Positions 52,001 through 64,000 of a stretch of 64,000 nucleotides of DNA are shown here, piece after piece. Source of the stretch: Klebsormidium nitens (Eukaryota; Plantae; Klebsormidiophyceae); contig DF237047.1 in assembly GCA_000708835.1 (NCBI GenBank), forward strand, positions 62,001 through 126,000, read 5' to 3'. Made by a program: the position numbers and the translations under genes. The notes under the pieces are model-generated. The model ran no database searches and had not been told where the DNA came from. It saw nothing but the letters and a program-made list of their open reading frames with translations. Numbering within the stretch: position 1 is the stretch's first letter; the number at the start of each line of letters is the position of its first letter.

Positions 52001-55000
52001 TAGATGTCTGCCAGCACTTCCTTAGAGGCACACTATTGTAGCAGCTCGATTAACGGATTCAGATTTCCCCAAACGGGCATATTCTCGACAGGAAGCGTGA
52101 AACATTTGTAAAGGCCTTACCTTGTGCGGCCTGATCGTTCGCCAGCATCTGCATGAGGCACGGGATCGCGGGCGGCTCCGCGGCAATGACCTGCTTGTTG
52201 TACGATTTAACGCGCGCAAGATTGCCCAGAGTGCGTGCCGCCTCCTCTTGGAGAGCAGGGTTGGAGTCGGGGCCGAGCAACCTGGAAAAAGATACGTGAC
52301 AGAAATGCGCATTGATCTAAGAATCCCAGCCTGGGACGGGTAGTGTTAGTCAGAGGGTTCAAGGTGGGTACGGCTGCGAGGCACCTAAGGTCACTTTTAT
52401 TGGGTTATGGATAACCAAAGTGTCATGATCTTGAGTGGAAAAAATCATTCTGGAAAGGGCCGGGGAGGTTTGGTTGCTGCAAAGCGGTAGTCTGAAGTGA
52501 GCGTCGGGCTTTGACGCTCCGAGATGCACGCTCGGTGAGTCTCTCTCTGACGAATCAAATTGGGACGAGACCTGGAGATTGCCTGGAAAGCGCCCGGTTT
52601 CATAGGGTCGCATTCTCGTGAAGTTCTGAGCTGTAGCAAGAAATGTTGGCCTGTACAGCCAGGCCGTGTCTACTTGGTAGAGTGCAACAAAAAGCCGAAC
52701 CTGCTGGCGGATAGCGAGCAACCGTTGAAGAAACACAAGGACAGTGGTGTACTCCTTAGAGCTTACAGCTTGGAGTCTTCACTTCCTTGAATGTTGAAAG
52801 TCCATACATTGATGACCTTCTCATGACCGTCTTTTTAGCTTCCAAACTTTCGCTTCTTCCACAATCCACAAACCCATTCGCGGACTTTCACCTGACGAGC
52901 ATGGTGACCGCCACAAAGACACAAAGTCACAAAAGCACAAGTCCACAGATACACAAACCCACAACCCCACAGACTCACATGTTACAAATCCAGAATCCCA
53001 AGACCCAAGATAGTACAATCGCAACCACAAACCCTCACCTGACTAGCATCGCAACCGCCCCCCCCTCGCTCGTAATCACCGCCTGCTTATCCCCCCCCGC
53101 CAAATTCCCCAGCGCATGCGCAGCCCACTGCTGCGCACGCGACGTCGCGCCAACGTCACCCCCCCCCAGCAGCCTCACGAGCCCCGTCACAGCCCCCCGT
53201 TCCGCAAGGATCGCCTTTTGATTGTCCGTATTCCCCTCCGACAAATTGCTCAGCGCATACCCGGCCCACTCTTGCGCTTCGGGAGTGAACCCCCCCGCCG
53301 CGCCGGCGAGCAGACGGACCAACCCCGCCAACGCGCCCGGCTCTGACACTATCGCCTGCTGCGTGCCTGGCACGTCGGCTGCCAGGTTCCCCAGTGTCAA
53401 GACCGCGTCCTCCTGTGCGCCGGGGGTCGCGTTTTGCTGCGGGTCGAGCAGACGAACTAGACCGGCGAGAGCACCCGGTTCGGAGCTGATCGCGACTTTG
53501 TTGTCGATGTTTCCGGCCGCGAGGTTCGCGAGCGCGCCGACCGCGTATTCCTGGGACTCGATGGTGGAGCCCTGGTCGGGGCCACGGAGGAGGCGAACTA
53601 GGGATGGGATCGCGCCCGGCTCGCGCCCGATCGCCATCTACAGGGGGTTTGCGTGTTAATAGTGTCGAAAGCCGGTACCTTTTAGATGGTTTGAGTTCAA
53701 CCGGTCCATTCCTCTGCTCCACAACCAAGCCAAACTGTCAATCTGAATTTGAATCTTACATTATGGCATCATCCACACAGTCGTTGCGCACAAAGCCCAA
53801 CATACTTTCTCAGACAAGAAGCGGAGTCGAAATACTGCCCAAACACGCACCCTGTAAAGGCACTCTCTACATCAACGATTCGAGATCAACAAGGCTTCGC
53901 TTCTGAGTGAACTTTCGACACAATCCAGAAGCAGGAGACTCTCTTCCCTCACGCTTCCGAAGATCAATCCAGATTCAAAACCAAGATTAAACCCCAGCAC
54001 GCCCCCTCACCTTGTTCTCCACGTTCCCCGCGCTCAGGTTTGCCAGCGTATATGCAGCCCACTCCTGCGCAAACAGCGTCGCGCCCCCCCCGGGCCCCTT
54101 CAACAGCCTCACGAGATCCGCAAGCGCCCCAGGTTGTCCTGCAATCGCTCTCTGGTTATCCATACTGCCGGCAGCCAGGTTACCGAGCGCCAACGCCGCT
54201 TCTTCCTGCACGCGGGGAGCATAAGTTCGGAATGGCTGGAGGGCAGCTCGAAATTCTGTTGCTCATGTCTTTCTTCGACGTCAGACATGGACACTCCAGG
54301 GGTTTTGCTCCCTTCGGCCCAAACCTTTTGCAGGACCGTGTCCGGATGCGGCTGGGCTGCCCATGGCTAGAGCTTGCAGATTGGGCTAGAAATTCAATCC
54401 CTGCTCGATGCATTTCTTTTGGCAGTCAATCAAATGTTTTGCCACAGATCTACAGCGCCGTCGTCATCACGCGAGAATCGCGATGGACTCGACATGTACT
54501 GATCAGTATGGATATCAAGATAAATTTGGCTATTGTAAACTTCTGCAAATTCGCCTACCTGAGCCCCGGTTGATGCCCGAGTCGTCGGTTTCAGCAGGTG
54601 CAAGAGACCGGGGACGAGTCCCGGGTTGGAGGCCATGAGCGTCTTGTTCTCGGAGCTGCCCGCGGCGAGGTTGCCGAGGGCGCGTGCTGCGGCTTCTTGA
54701 ACCTGCAAACATAATGTCACGCGTTTAGAACCTCTCAAGATTCTGGCAGCGAAGGATCTTCGGGTTTTCGGGTTCTAGCAGGTGTTGTTAGTTTGGGGAC
54801 GAGCGCCACGTATGCTCTAACGAATTTCCTGAAGCAGCCTCAAAGATTTGCAGTGTTGAGAGGGAGTGCAGAGCTTGCAGCTCTGACGTATCGAAGATTT
54901 TTGTGGAGGGAGACCAAAGTTCCTGCACTGTGGTCAAGCTCGGAAGAGGTGACCAACAAACTATGTAAAAGCAGCCGTCTGCAGCAAATCAATCTTGATT

Positions 55001-58000
55001 AGGTGGTTGAGCACGCTGTCAGATCCCCCTAAGCGGGGCTCCGACGAATCGGCTCCAATCCAAACCTGCCTAAAAGAGGAAGCAGCAGCCCTTCCGAAGC
55101 AAACCCAAAACGACCTTTTACACCATTTTCAGACAAACCTGCAGTGGCCCCCATACCTGCCTCTTCTGCCTCAGAATTGACACCCAAAAGACTCAATGAT
55201 GGAACAAAACTGCCAGCAGGACGGTCAATGTCAGTGGGTCCCACCTGCGGTGCCGCGTTCTCGAGCACGCCACTCCCCCGCGCCGCATGCTCCCCCTCCG
55301 CCGACGGGCCCTCCACCCGCAACAGTCTTACGAGCGCATCTAAAGCCCCCGGTTCCGAGAGCACTGTTCGTTGATTGTTCAGGTTATCTTCTACCAGGTT
55401 AGCGAGAGCGAGCGCACCAAACTCCTGCGTCTCTTGGAGGGGGATCCCTTCCTGGCCCTGGATGAGGGCAACTAGGGCGGGGATGGAGGACGGGAAGGAC
55501 GCGATCGCGACGCGGTTGTACGGGTTGTTGACCGCCAGGTTAGCCAGGGCGCCTGCAGAAGGTTAGCGGGAGGTTAGGAATGTTGGTTTTGGCTGAACGA
55601 ATGTTGTCCACTGTTGCGACGAGCATGCCCGCAGAGTCTCATAGAACAAAACTGCCAATAGGTTTGATTGGAAGAAGCTCTGAAAACTTGTCCTGCAAGT
55701 CAAAAGTGTGGGCAATAAAGAGGGAGAAGCAAGTTCTCTGATAGTCCAACTGCGGCTCCACAGACTGAGGCCGAAAGTGAGCACTTCTGACAATCAGGCA
55801 AAGTTCTAAAGACAGACACTTTCTCTGCATGACAAGAAATTGAGGTACTTCGAAATGAAAAGTGCATCGCTTACCAGTCGCATTGCGTTGCGCCTGCGGC
55901 AGGTCGAGCAGCCCGACAAGCGAACGAATGACGCCTTCTTCGGTGCCGACCCGCACGCTGTCAAAGTACGCCAAGTTCCACAACACGCCGGCAGCGCGCG
56001 ACTTGCACTCGGCGCTGTAACTGTGCGAAGCGACCGCGGCAAAGAATCCGACGTATTTCAGGAGCTGCGCACGGGCACGCTCATAGGGGACGAGGGCAGC
56101 CATCACGCCAATTGCATTTGCCTGGACAGGTTCAGAATTGGGTTAGAAGGTGGATATGGAAGCTCGGGGCTGATCAAGGTTGGTTAAGACCGCCGCGAAG
56201 ATCGTGAGCTCGCTTGTAGGAGACAATTGCAACCATTGTGCTGATCGCAGTCGCCAGATTAGTTGAGAGTGGGTTAGAGGGTGGTTACGGGCAGGACATG
56301 TAGGTCGGGGGCTGGCTGAGAGTGGGTTAAGCAATGGGTGTGGTTGAGGAGCTGCGCGCAGGAACGCACATAATGAACAAGGGCGGTTACTACTCTGACC
56401 CCATTTGCCTGTAAGGTTTGAGACTTGGGGGTCAGAGGCATCAAGGGTGGGGTGTGTGGGTTGGGGGCTGGTTAAGTGTTGGTTAACACCGCAGCGAAGA
56501 AGCTGACGTATTTTTGGAGCTGCTTGCAGGCACGCTTGTAGGGGTTGAGGACGGCCATCTACCAATCACATTTGCCTGAAATCGTGGTTACGTAGTAGTT
56601 AAATTCTTGTTCCAAGCTGCAAAGAGGTGGCCCAGGTCTGGTCAAGTGTCGAGGGTTAGTGATTGATTTAGGCACGATCAAGAGACCATGCGTGGTGGGC
56701 TCATAGGAGGGGGGCGATCATGCGTACCGCATGTGCCTTAGTAGGTTGGTCAAGGAGGGCGGTTAGAGGTTGGTTAGGGATTGACCAAGAGTTGGATACC
56801 TGGTGGTGGCCCCTTGAAAGATGGTCAAACGATGCATGTGATTGCGGAGAACAGAGACAGCGCCCTCCCCAAGGACCAAAACAACCTTCACACCGACTGC
56901 TTTAGCCTGGTAAGTGGTGAAGGAAGTTGTCAAGAATCTGTTCAAGGTTGATGGGAGCCTGGTCAAGTCAATGGTCAAGAGGTGGTCAAGAACCAGTTTA
57001 ACATTCTGTAAAGGTGGCTGTGAACACCCAAAGAACGAACACAGGCGCCATGCCACTTGCTTTCAAGGCTGCTCAAAGAGACTGATTGAAGGGTCAATTG
57101 AAGTTCTGTCAAAATTGTATAGCGGCGTTTGAAAGATCATCTCTTTCGCTCTGAGAACTTCGGAGATAATACAGCGTTTGGTGCCATACCTTGCACGCTG
57201 CCGTGGGGCCGTTCTGCGCCAAATCCAAAAGAAGATCCAGCCCTTTCTGATTGTTTAGCTTGTCCTCCGTGTATATCGCCTTTTGCACCTCAGGACCCCC
57301 GCTCCGCGCCACATTCAACAACGCCCCCGACGCCTTTTCCTTCGCATCCGGTGTCGGCCCCGTGCGCGCCAGTTCCCGCAACGCAGGAATGCACGATACC
57401 AAATCGGCGGCGCCGTATTTCATCGCGAGGGCGTCAGACGCGAGCGACCCAATCGCGGCCGCCGCTTGCACTTGCACGCCATCTGCGCCGTTCGCGAGGC
57501 TCTCGACGAGCGCCCGGAACCCGTTCTCTTGCAGCACCTGTTTGCGCCCCTCGGGGCCCTCGTTGGCGAGGATCGCTAATGCACCCATCGCGCCTTCAGA
57601 CGCCCCCCCCCGGGACATCGACCGCTCCAACGACGCCGAGACTATGTCGCCGTAGGACCAGAAAGCAGGAAGGCCGCAGTCGGAGCTCGCCCCATCCAAT
57701 ACGAGGTGGGGGTGCCGGGCGGTGTGCACGTACCAGCTGTGCCAAGCACTGGGGGCGCGCTTTGAGACTGCGGCGCTGAGTGAGGAGGTCCCCCGGTAGT
57801 TGACACCGAGGATTCGGAACCGAATGAGAGCCAGCCAGAGGAGGGAGAGGGCCCAGGCGGACGCTAAGCAGCAGCCCCCTAGGAGAAGCTCTTCGAAACG
57901 GCGAGCGCCCTCTTCGGGGAAAGCGCCGATGTCGAAGTAACGGTCCCTGCGGTTGCCGCGCTGGTAAAAGTAGAAGAACCACAGCGCCGCCACCTGGCAA

Positions 58001-58638
58001 CCCAGAATGAGGACACTTGGATTGCCCACAGCCCAGTAGAGCTCAAGCGCGTTTTGCAGGGAGCGTTGGAGCGGGACCTTCGCGCACGGCACGCCAGCTG
58101 GCAGCCCGCGAGATTGTACGTGCAGCAACTTACTCAGGATAGCCTGGGCTAGTATCCCGTAAGACAGCCACAGCACCTGCTGTGTCATCAAGTCGCCAAA
58201 CCCCCAGAGCATCAGCGCAAAGTGCCCGAGAACGAGCCATTGCAATGCGCCCTCGAGGCCCTCCCAGAACACCACCCCGTGAATGAGCGCCTTGAGCTTT
58301 CTAGAGAGCGGTAAGACCTGGTTCCCTGTTGTTTTGTCGACCCACGGCTCAGGCACGTGCAATGTAGCTACGGTGGTTCGCACGGCGCCGTTGCTCCCTC
58401 CGTTAGCACTGCCAGGTGTACTCGAGGCCATTCCCCCCCCGCCCCCGCCCAAACCTCCAGCCACCCCCCCTCCAGCGAGAATGCGCTCCGATTGCGAGGG
58501 GCGCTTCTTGCCATGCCTTCCCTGCGAATGGGGGGAGTTGGATTGTGATCCTGAATGGATGAATCCTAGGAAGAAGCGCCCTAAAACTTTGGAGGAAGAA
58601 AGCCTCTGGCCGGTATTTGCCAGCATGGACTGCTCCAT
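49079..58638 (-). CDS. Armadillo-repeat protein (~1380 aa) with N-terminal multi-transmembrane region
   Basis: Exons 58638-57190, 56121-55875, 55552-55245, 54702-54559, 54205-54011, 53637-53039, 52281-52121, 51471-50704, 49347-49079 are all phase-consistent. More than 12 repeats of 'QExAAxALGNLAAGNxxNKxAIAxEPGAxxGLVRLL'. Hydrophobic segments lie in exon 1. Confidence 0.88.
49290..49620 (-). repeat. Three-copy degenerate tandem duplication of acceptor + start of last ARM exon
   Basis: A ~55-bp core 'ccttt(g)ggctgct(a/c)gcctggaagggg...ggggccctgcctgcc' is present three times. Junction-equivalent positions are 49347 (functional), 49500 and ~49611. Confidence 0.85.
50005..50750 (-). repeat. Five-copy degenerate tandem duplication of ARM exon end + donor + intron start
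   Basis: Anchor 'gctccaacac'-like at 50731 (functional), 50567, 50372, 50194 and 50033, giving spacings of 164, 195, 178 and 161 bp. Confidence 0.88.
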
Positions 58639-59014
58639 TTATGGCGGCACCAGATGTGACCGTTTGGCGCACGTTCGAGCGCCTGCCAGGGTTGCGGGGT
58701 TCGATTGCAAATTGCTCTTGATGTAACGTTTGGCTCTTTGAGAATCAGGTCGTTACGCACATTTGAAGCTGTAGATCGTATGCACGTGCACCACTTTATA
58801 TATTGCAATATCTTGTCCGCCCAAATGCACCTGTTGGGCCTTGCCATTTCAAGGAGACCGATCTGCCGTCGATGAGATCGAAGCTGTAGCCCTGTTTCCT
58901 CATCCAACGGTTCAAACGGTGGAAAAGCAGCTTCAAGGCGTCGCAACAAAAACAGCTCCTTTTCTCACTCTAGTTTTCTCACGTTGGCGCGCAATCTGCA
59001 AGAGGCTAAATGAT

Positions 59015-59260
59015 NNNNNNNNNNNNNNNNNNNNNNNNNNNNNNNNNNNNNNNNNNNNNNNNNNNNNNNNNNNNNNNNNNNNNNNNNNNNNNNNNNNNNN
59101 NNNNNNNNNNNNNNNNNNNNNNNNNNNNNNNNNNNNNNNNNNNNNNNNNNNNNNNNNNNNNNNNNNNNNNNNNNNNNNNNNNNNNNNNNNNNNNNNNNNN
59201 NNNNNNNNNNNNNNNNNNNNNNNNNNNNNNNNNNNNNNNNNNNNNNNNNNNNNNNNNNNN
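59015..59260. other. Assembly gap (run of N)
   Basis: Continuous N characters. Confidence 1.
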
Positions 59261-59519
59261 TTGGACTACGGTACCTACTAGCCTAGGTAAGCTGAACTTG
59301 TTGCCAGCGTTCGCATTGTTGCTTGCATGCTCTCGTGAACGCTTTGTGATTTGTATTTAACGGTAGTCAGAAATTAGAGTGAACTTGTAGGCGGAAGGTG
59401 AAAGCCTCTAGGCGAAAGCAAAAAGGCACGCCGCACGATCGTCTGCAAGCGACAGAACCCTGTGTTAAGACCACCTCAGCTATTGGCAGCATTGCTTCAG
59501 TAGAGACCCATGCTGGGGC

Positions 59520-62500
59520 ATGCCAAGTCTCCGATCCCTGCACTTGAGCTCTGCTGCTATGCAAGCGGTTGCAAATCGTCTCGGAACCCAGCTTCTTCCT
59601 GCATCTGCGTCACACCACCACTTTTTTCAGTTTCCGCCAACCACCACTAGATTTACACTCCCTAGAAGCGTTGTTTCGTGTCCTCCACCACCCCTTTCTA
59701 GTTGCAGCAACCCCAGAGCACGATTGTATGATCCATTCAAAACCTCTGTCACCCTTGCAACCAATCGCCACTTCTCGTACGCACCGCAGCTTCCCAATGT
59801 CTTGGGCGCTCGAACGCACCAATTGGACGGCGCCAGCTCATGCCTTCCTTTGAACCCTTGGGCGCCAAGACCACTTTCGGGGTTTCAGGGAGCTGATCAA
59901 CACATTGCGCGGCGTCGCTTGGCGGCTCTGGTGAAATCAGCGATGGACCCGTCTCAAGTGGAGGTGCTCCATACTCAGAACGCTCTGCACAAGCTCACAG
60001 TTAGCGACCTGCGGGAGTTCATCAGGTCAGATATCAGCTGAAAAAGTTGTGGGTATATCTGGTTATGTTGAGTATCTAGTTTTCTGGAACCCTCAAAGTT
60101 CCGAGTGTCAGAGCTTAGAAAGCTTTCAACAGGTTTGAAAGATGGAATTGGACTTGGACAGCGGCTTGGCACAATCAAAGATCCCCCGGGCCACAGCTAG
60201 CATTGACCCCTCCTACCTGCTTCTCAGACCTTTATTGGACAAAAGCAAACGATGAGTTTCGGCAACCTTTTTAAAGTCAGTATCTTCTTTAAAGAGAGAT
60301 GGGTGACTCTAATACAAAAGTAGAGGCCAGGCCCGGAGCGCAGACAAGAAAGATGCAAGAAGAGGCTTTGGGTAGTCTTTCTTGAAATCGCATCTCAAAT
60401 ATTCTCAGAATCATGTCTTTCCACTTATGCAGGTTGAAAGCGATCCAGGCCCCGTCGAATGCGAAAAAGGTTGAGCTGATAGCGTCCGTCAGCGAGTTCC
60501 TCGCATCTGAGGAAAGCATTGAGACTCTAGCTCAAGAGTCAAACACGGTGGCAGTGGCAGAAGAAGAGGTTCCAGCAAAAGACACACGCACCGCTTCTAA
60601 GAACAGGGCGGGATCTCAAGTTGACGACACAGAGGGCAGTGTTGCGGCGGTTGGTCGGAAGTCTCGAAAACGAGGGGCCGGGGCGGCGAAAGACCGAGAG
60701 GCTTCCGGGGTGGTTCTTGCGGGGGAGGATGCTCAAGATGCAGTATCGCCACAAAGAAGAAGTACACGCTCACGAAAAGACTCGTTGTCTCGACCTGCCG
60801 AAGAACCGCCCGCTCTTAGCAAAGCGAACGAGGTTGGGGAGGAAAACGGCCGGCCGAAGCGTGCCCGCCGGCAGAGCACTGGCAGCCCTGAAACGGCAAA
60901 AAAACCGCCCCCATTGAAACGGAAGCCAAAGACTGGGGTTTTGAGTTTGACGCAAGCGCAGAGCACGGTCGAGGTTACGGAAGTTCAGAGTGATGTCGTC
61001 GACGGGGCGTTGGTCGAGAAGAAGCGAACAAAGAAAACGACCGTTGCGCGCGGGTTCGGGCTGAAAGGCGACGTTGGGAAAGTTGAGATTTCGCAGAGCG
61101 AGGAGTCGTGGAGCCACTTAGTGCACAAGAAAGCGGAGCCGGATTGGATCGCGTATAACCCGGGGTTGATGCGCCCCCCACCTCCCAAGGGGCCGTTCAA
61201 GAAGGTTGTCGGCTGGAATGTGGCTGGGCTACGCGCGGTGTTGAAACTGGAGCGGCGATGGTTTGACGAGATCGCAGAGAAGGAACGGCCGGATGTCATC
61301 TGCTTGCAGGAGACCAAGATCCAGGTGGGTACGGTCGGGCAGCTAGCTCGTTGAGCATATTCAACTGACGTGGGAAAAGAGATGTGCATCCATTTTGCAC
61401 GGCCCTTGTTGTAAGTATGAGTCGGTGCTCTTTTTGCCCATCACTTAAACCTACGAGTACCTTGATGCTTGTTCCCTGGCTTCCTTATGGGTCATCCGTC
61501 GTGCGCGTCGAGTGGACTTCGAGTCGGCAGCGCCGCTGTAAGAAACTGAGCATGGATACGAAGCGTGTAGCTGTCGTGGCACTTCAACAGAGCGTATATC
61601 AGGAACGCGCTTGATGAGGATAATCTATTGACCCGCTCATTGCGAAAATCGATCTTTCCACCGGATTTGGAGTTTACAAAACTCTGTCTCCGGCCGATCT
61701 TAGATGCCGACTTGTACGCCTTTGTACCAAAAAGTCTGTGCCTGCACGTGGCACCGACGCCAAGAATTCCGAACCTTTCAACGTGAGCCCTTTACCTTTT
61801 CGTGCAGGAGAAGGATATTGCGTCGGTCGAAGAGGGACTGCTCCCGGGGTATCACAAGTTTTGGGCGACTAGTTCAGCGAAGCTGGGCTACTCGGGGGTC
61901 GCCCTCTTCTCCAAAGTAAGCGCCTGCTTGCGGGCAGCCCAGGTTCGACTTCTTGTTACGCATTGTGCATCGTTTCATAACGGTCTTTAAGCTTCGAATC
62001 GGAACAGAACCAACACCAGCTTCCTTTACTCCGGTCGGCACCACCTGCTTCTCTCCAGTTTGGATTTCTGAGTGGAGCCCGCTTCGTCAGAACGAAGAGT
62101 GTCGAGCTACCATATATCCGGTGTGCATTTCTAGAGTTGATCAACGTGTATGCTTTATGCTGCTTGTGCGGCAGGGTTATTACGTTTGCGTCTTCATCCG
62201 ACTGTGGAACTTGTAGTGCTTCAACAATCTAGCATCTCCGTATGTTTGGACTCGAATGCGAAGATCACAATCAGTCACCGTTCTCGTCCGTACCCTCTGT
62301 GTGAACAGGCCTTCCTTTGTTCACTCCTGCACCTATCTCTTCGTCAACGGCCATTCACATCGATGCGAACGGCCACCCTTGCCTCTATCCAATGGGCAGT
62401 TGCTTGACCATCAAATAGATGTGAATGACCCCGCTTCGGTGTGAACGCCCACTCTTTGCCTGCAGGAGGAGCCCCTGTCCGTCCGATACGGGCTGGGCAT

Positions 62501-64000
62501 TCCGTCGTTGGACGCGGAGGGCCGTCTGATCACGGCGGAATTCGCGGACTTTTTCGTGGTCTCCGCGTACGTTCCAAACTCCGGCGACGGGTTGAAGCGG
62601 TTGGAGGAGCGGACGCAAGTCTGGGACCCCGCACTGGCGCAACACCTCAAGGTGGGTTAAGATAGTTTGCGTAACCTGAAAACTCGCAGAATATTCCTTG
62701 CGAAAATTTTCTCTTTCTAAAATCCTAAGATCTGGCGACGGTTGAAGCGGTTGGAGGAGCGGGCGCAAATCTGGGACCCCGCTTTGGCGCAGCACATCGA
62801 GGTGGGTTAAGAAGGTTTGTGTAACCTGACTTATGTGTTCTGGCTAAATCCTTGAGAGGTTCTGAGGCTTTTGCAAAAGGTCCTCATGTGAGACCCGAGT
62901 TTCTTGGACCTCCCGAAAGCACCGAAAGCACTAGCGGTCGTCCATGGATCACTCAAGTCCGAGGCCCCGGAATCGGCGCAGCACTGAAAAAATACTCTCA
63001 GAGTTTTGTGATCTGCGCCCTTCGCTCATTCTCTGACATGGGCCGCGACCTCGTTGAGAAGATTGGGCACTCAGAGACGGGTCTATTGCTTATTTGTAAT
63101 GGAAAAAGGGCGGCCGATGCTGGCGTGTTCGTCCTCTTCGAAATAGAGTGGACGGAAAACTTCCCCTCGCTTCGCAGGGACTGGAGGCGTCGAAGCCCGT
63201 GGTTCTGACGGGAGATCTGAACGTAGCCCATCAAGAGATCGACATCTGCAACCCGGATGTGAGTCCGCCTTTTCTCGTTTGAAGACGTCAGCGTGACGTC
63301 AGCACCCGATCAGCACGATGGCAGCCTTACGGCAGGGATGCATTAGCATCTAAGATGACGTCAGCTTCTTAAGGAACTGGGTACGAGCACGCTTGTGCCG
63401 GCCAAAAGCTAAAGTTTCGTGTACCTAATAAGCCTTGTTCCTTGATCAACAAGGCTTGCTTGCATAAACCTGCAAAATATAGAGCTGCGCCCCGGCCGAA
63501 ACATCTCTATTGCGAATCCCATCTGGCTATTTCCAGATCCCTAGGTACTTCAACAGCTCATTGGCTGGCTCGTACACAAAGTCTATCGCATCTGCTTGTC
63601 TTTCGTGCTCATTCGCTGACGCATTTGTCCTTTCTGTTGCAATCATTCGCTCTTCTACAGTAGAAAGCAATCTCTACAAACCACTTTTTCCTATGGTCAT
63701 TTCTTTTTGTACAAGCTTAGGCACCTGGGCCCATGGCGCAGAGGCAAGCAAATTCGGCGTTCGGGCTTCATCAAAAACTGTTCCTATTGTAGTTACCGAG
63801 CGGTTACTAACAACGAAGCAACATGACTAAAATGACATGCTAATCCCAGGGCAACAAGCGGAGCGCTGGCTTCACCGTTGAGGAACGCGAGTCGTTCGAG
63901 CGTCTGATAATGGCCAACGGTTTCGTGGACACGTTCAGACGTCAGCATCCGAAGGCGGTCGGGTACACGTACTGGGGCTACCGCTTCAACTCGCGCGCCA
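59520..64000 (+). CDS. ARP: Apurinic/apyrimidinic endonuclease, plant ARP type (ExoIII/Xth family), 3'-truncated by window end
   Basis: Exons 59520-60025, 60433-61324, 61808-61915, 62466-62651, 63178-63258, 63850->64000. Transit-peptide-like start, SAP-like helix pair '[27 protein letters not shown]', ARP-typical 'WSHLVHKK...WIAYNP..MRPPP', then 'WNVAGLRA', 'LQETK', 'GYSGVA', 'EGR', 'YVPNSG', 'GDLNVAH' and 'FVDTFR..HP....YTYWGYR'. Confidence 0.93.
62580..62830 (+). repeat. Two-copy 150-bp tandem duplication of ARP exon-4 end + donor
   Basis: 'GGCGACGG(G)TTGAAGCGGTTGGAGGAGCGG.CGCAA.TCTGGGACCCCGC..TGGCGCA.CAC.TC.AG|GTGGGTTAAGA' has its GT at 62652 and again at 62802. Confidence 0.95.

Noticed and set aside
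59261-59295. Gap-flank sequence sharing GGTACCT/CCTAGGT words with the 31.6-kb palindrome cluster; also an 11-bp match with ~2765
   Set aside because: Matches are too short to claim a shared element.

Overview
Eukaryotic nuclear DNA, GC-rich and intron-dense, with one assembly gap (59015-59260). The gene set and intron style suggest a streptophyte alga such as Klebsormidium (inference only). Spliced gene models were rebuilt by hand from GT/GC-AG junctions and phase continuity. They are: an O-fucosyltransferase-like gene, an orphan coiled-coil gene, a Wali7/TSJT1 (DUF3700) gene, a 3-hydroxyisobutyryl-CoA hydrolase-like gene, a histidine phosphatase (PGM family), a RimO-type methylthiotransferase, a Mug135_C-like repeat protein, a family-16 methyltransferase, a PPR protein, a membrane-anchored armadillo-repeat protein and an ARP/APE1-type AP endonuclease that runs off the right end. 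The most striking unexplained pattern is a set of eight short tandem duplications (unit 83-195 bp, mostly about 150-180 bp; 2-6 copies) in six unrelated genes. Each one straddles an exon-intron junction and leaves decaying pseudo-donors or pseudo-acceptors inside the intron next to the functional splice site. One copy carries a TA-flanked MITE. No prokaryotic systems, rRNA, tRNA or CRISPR arrays were found.
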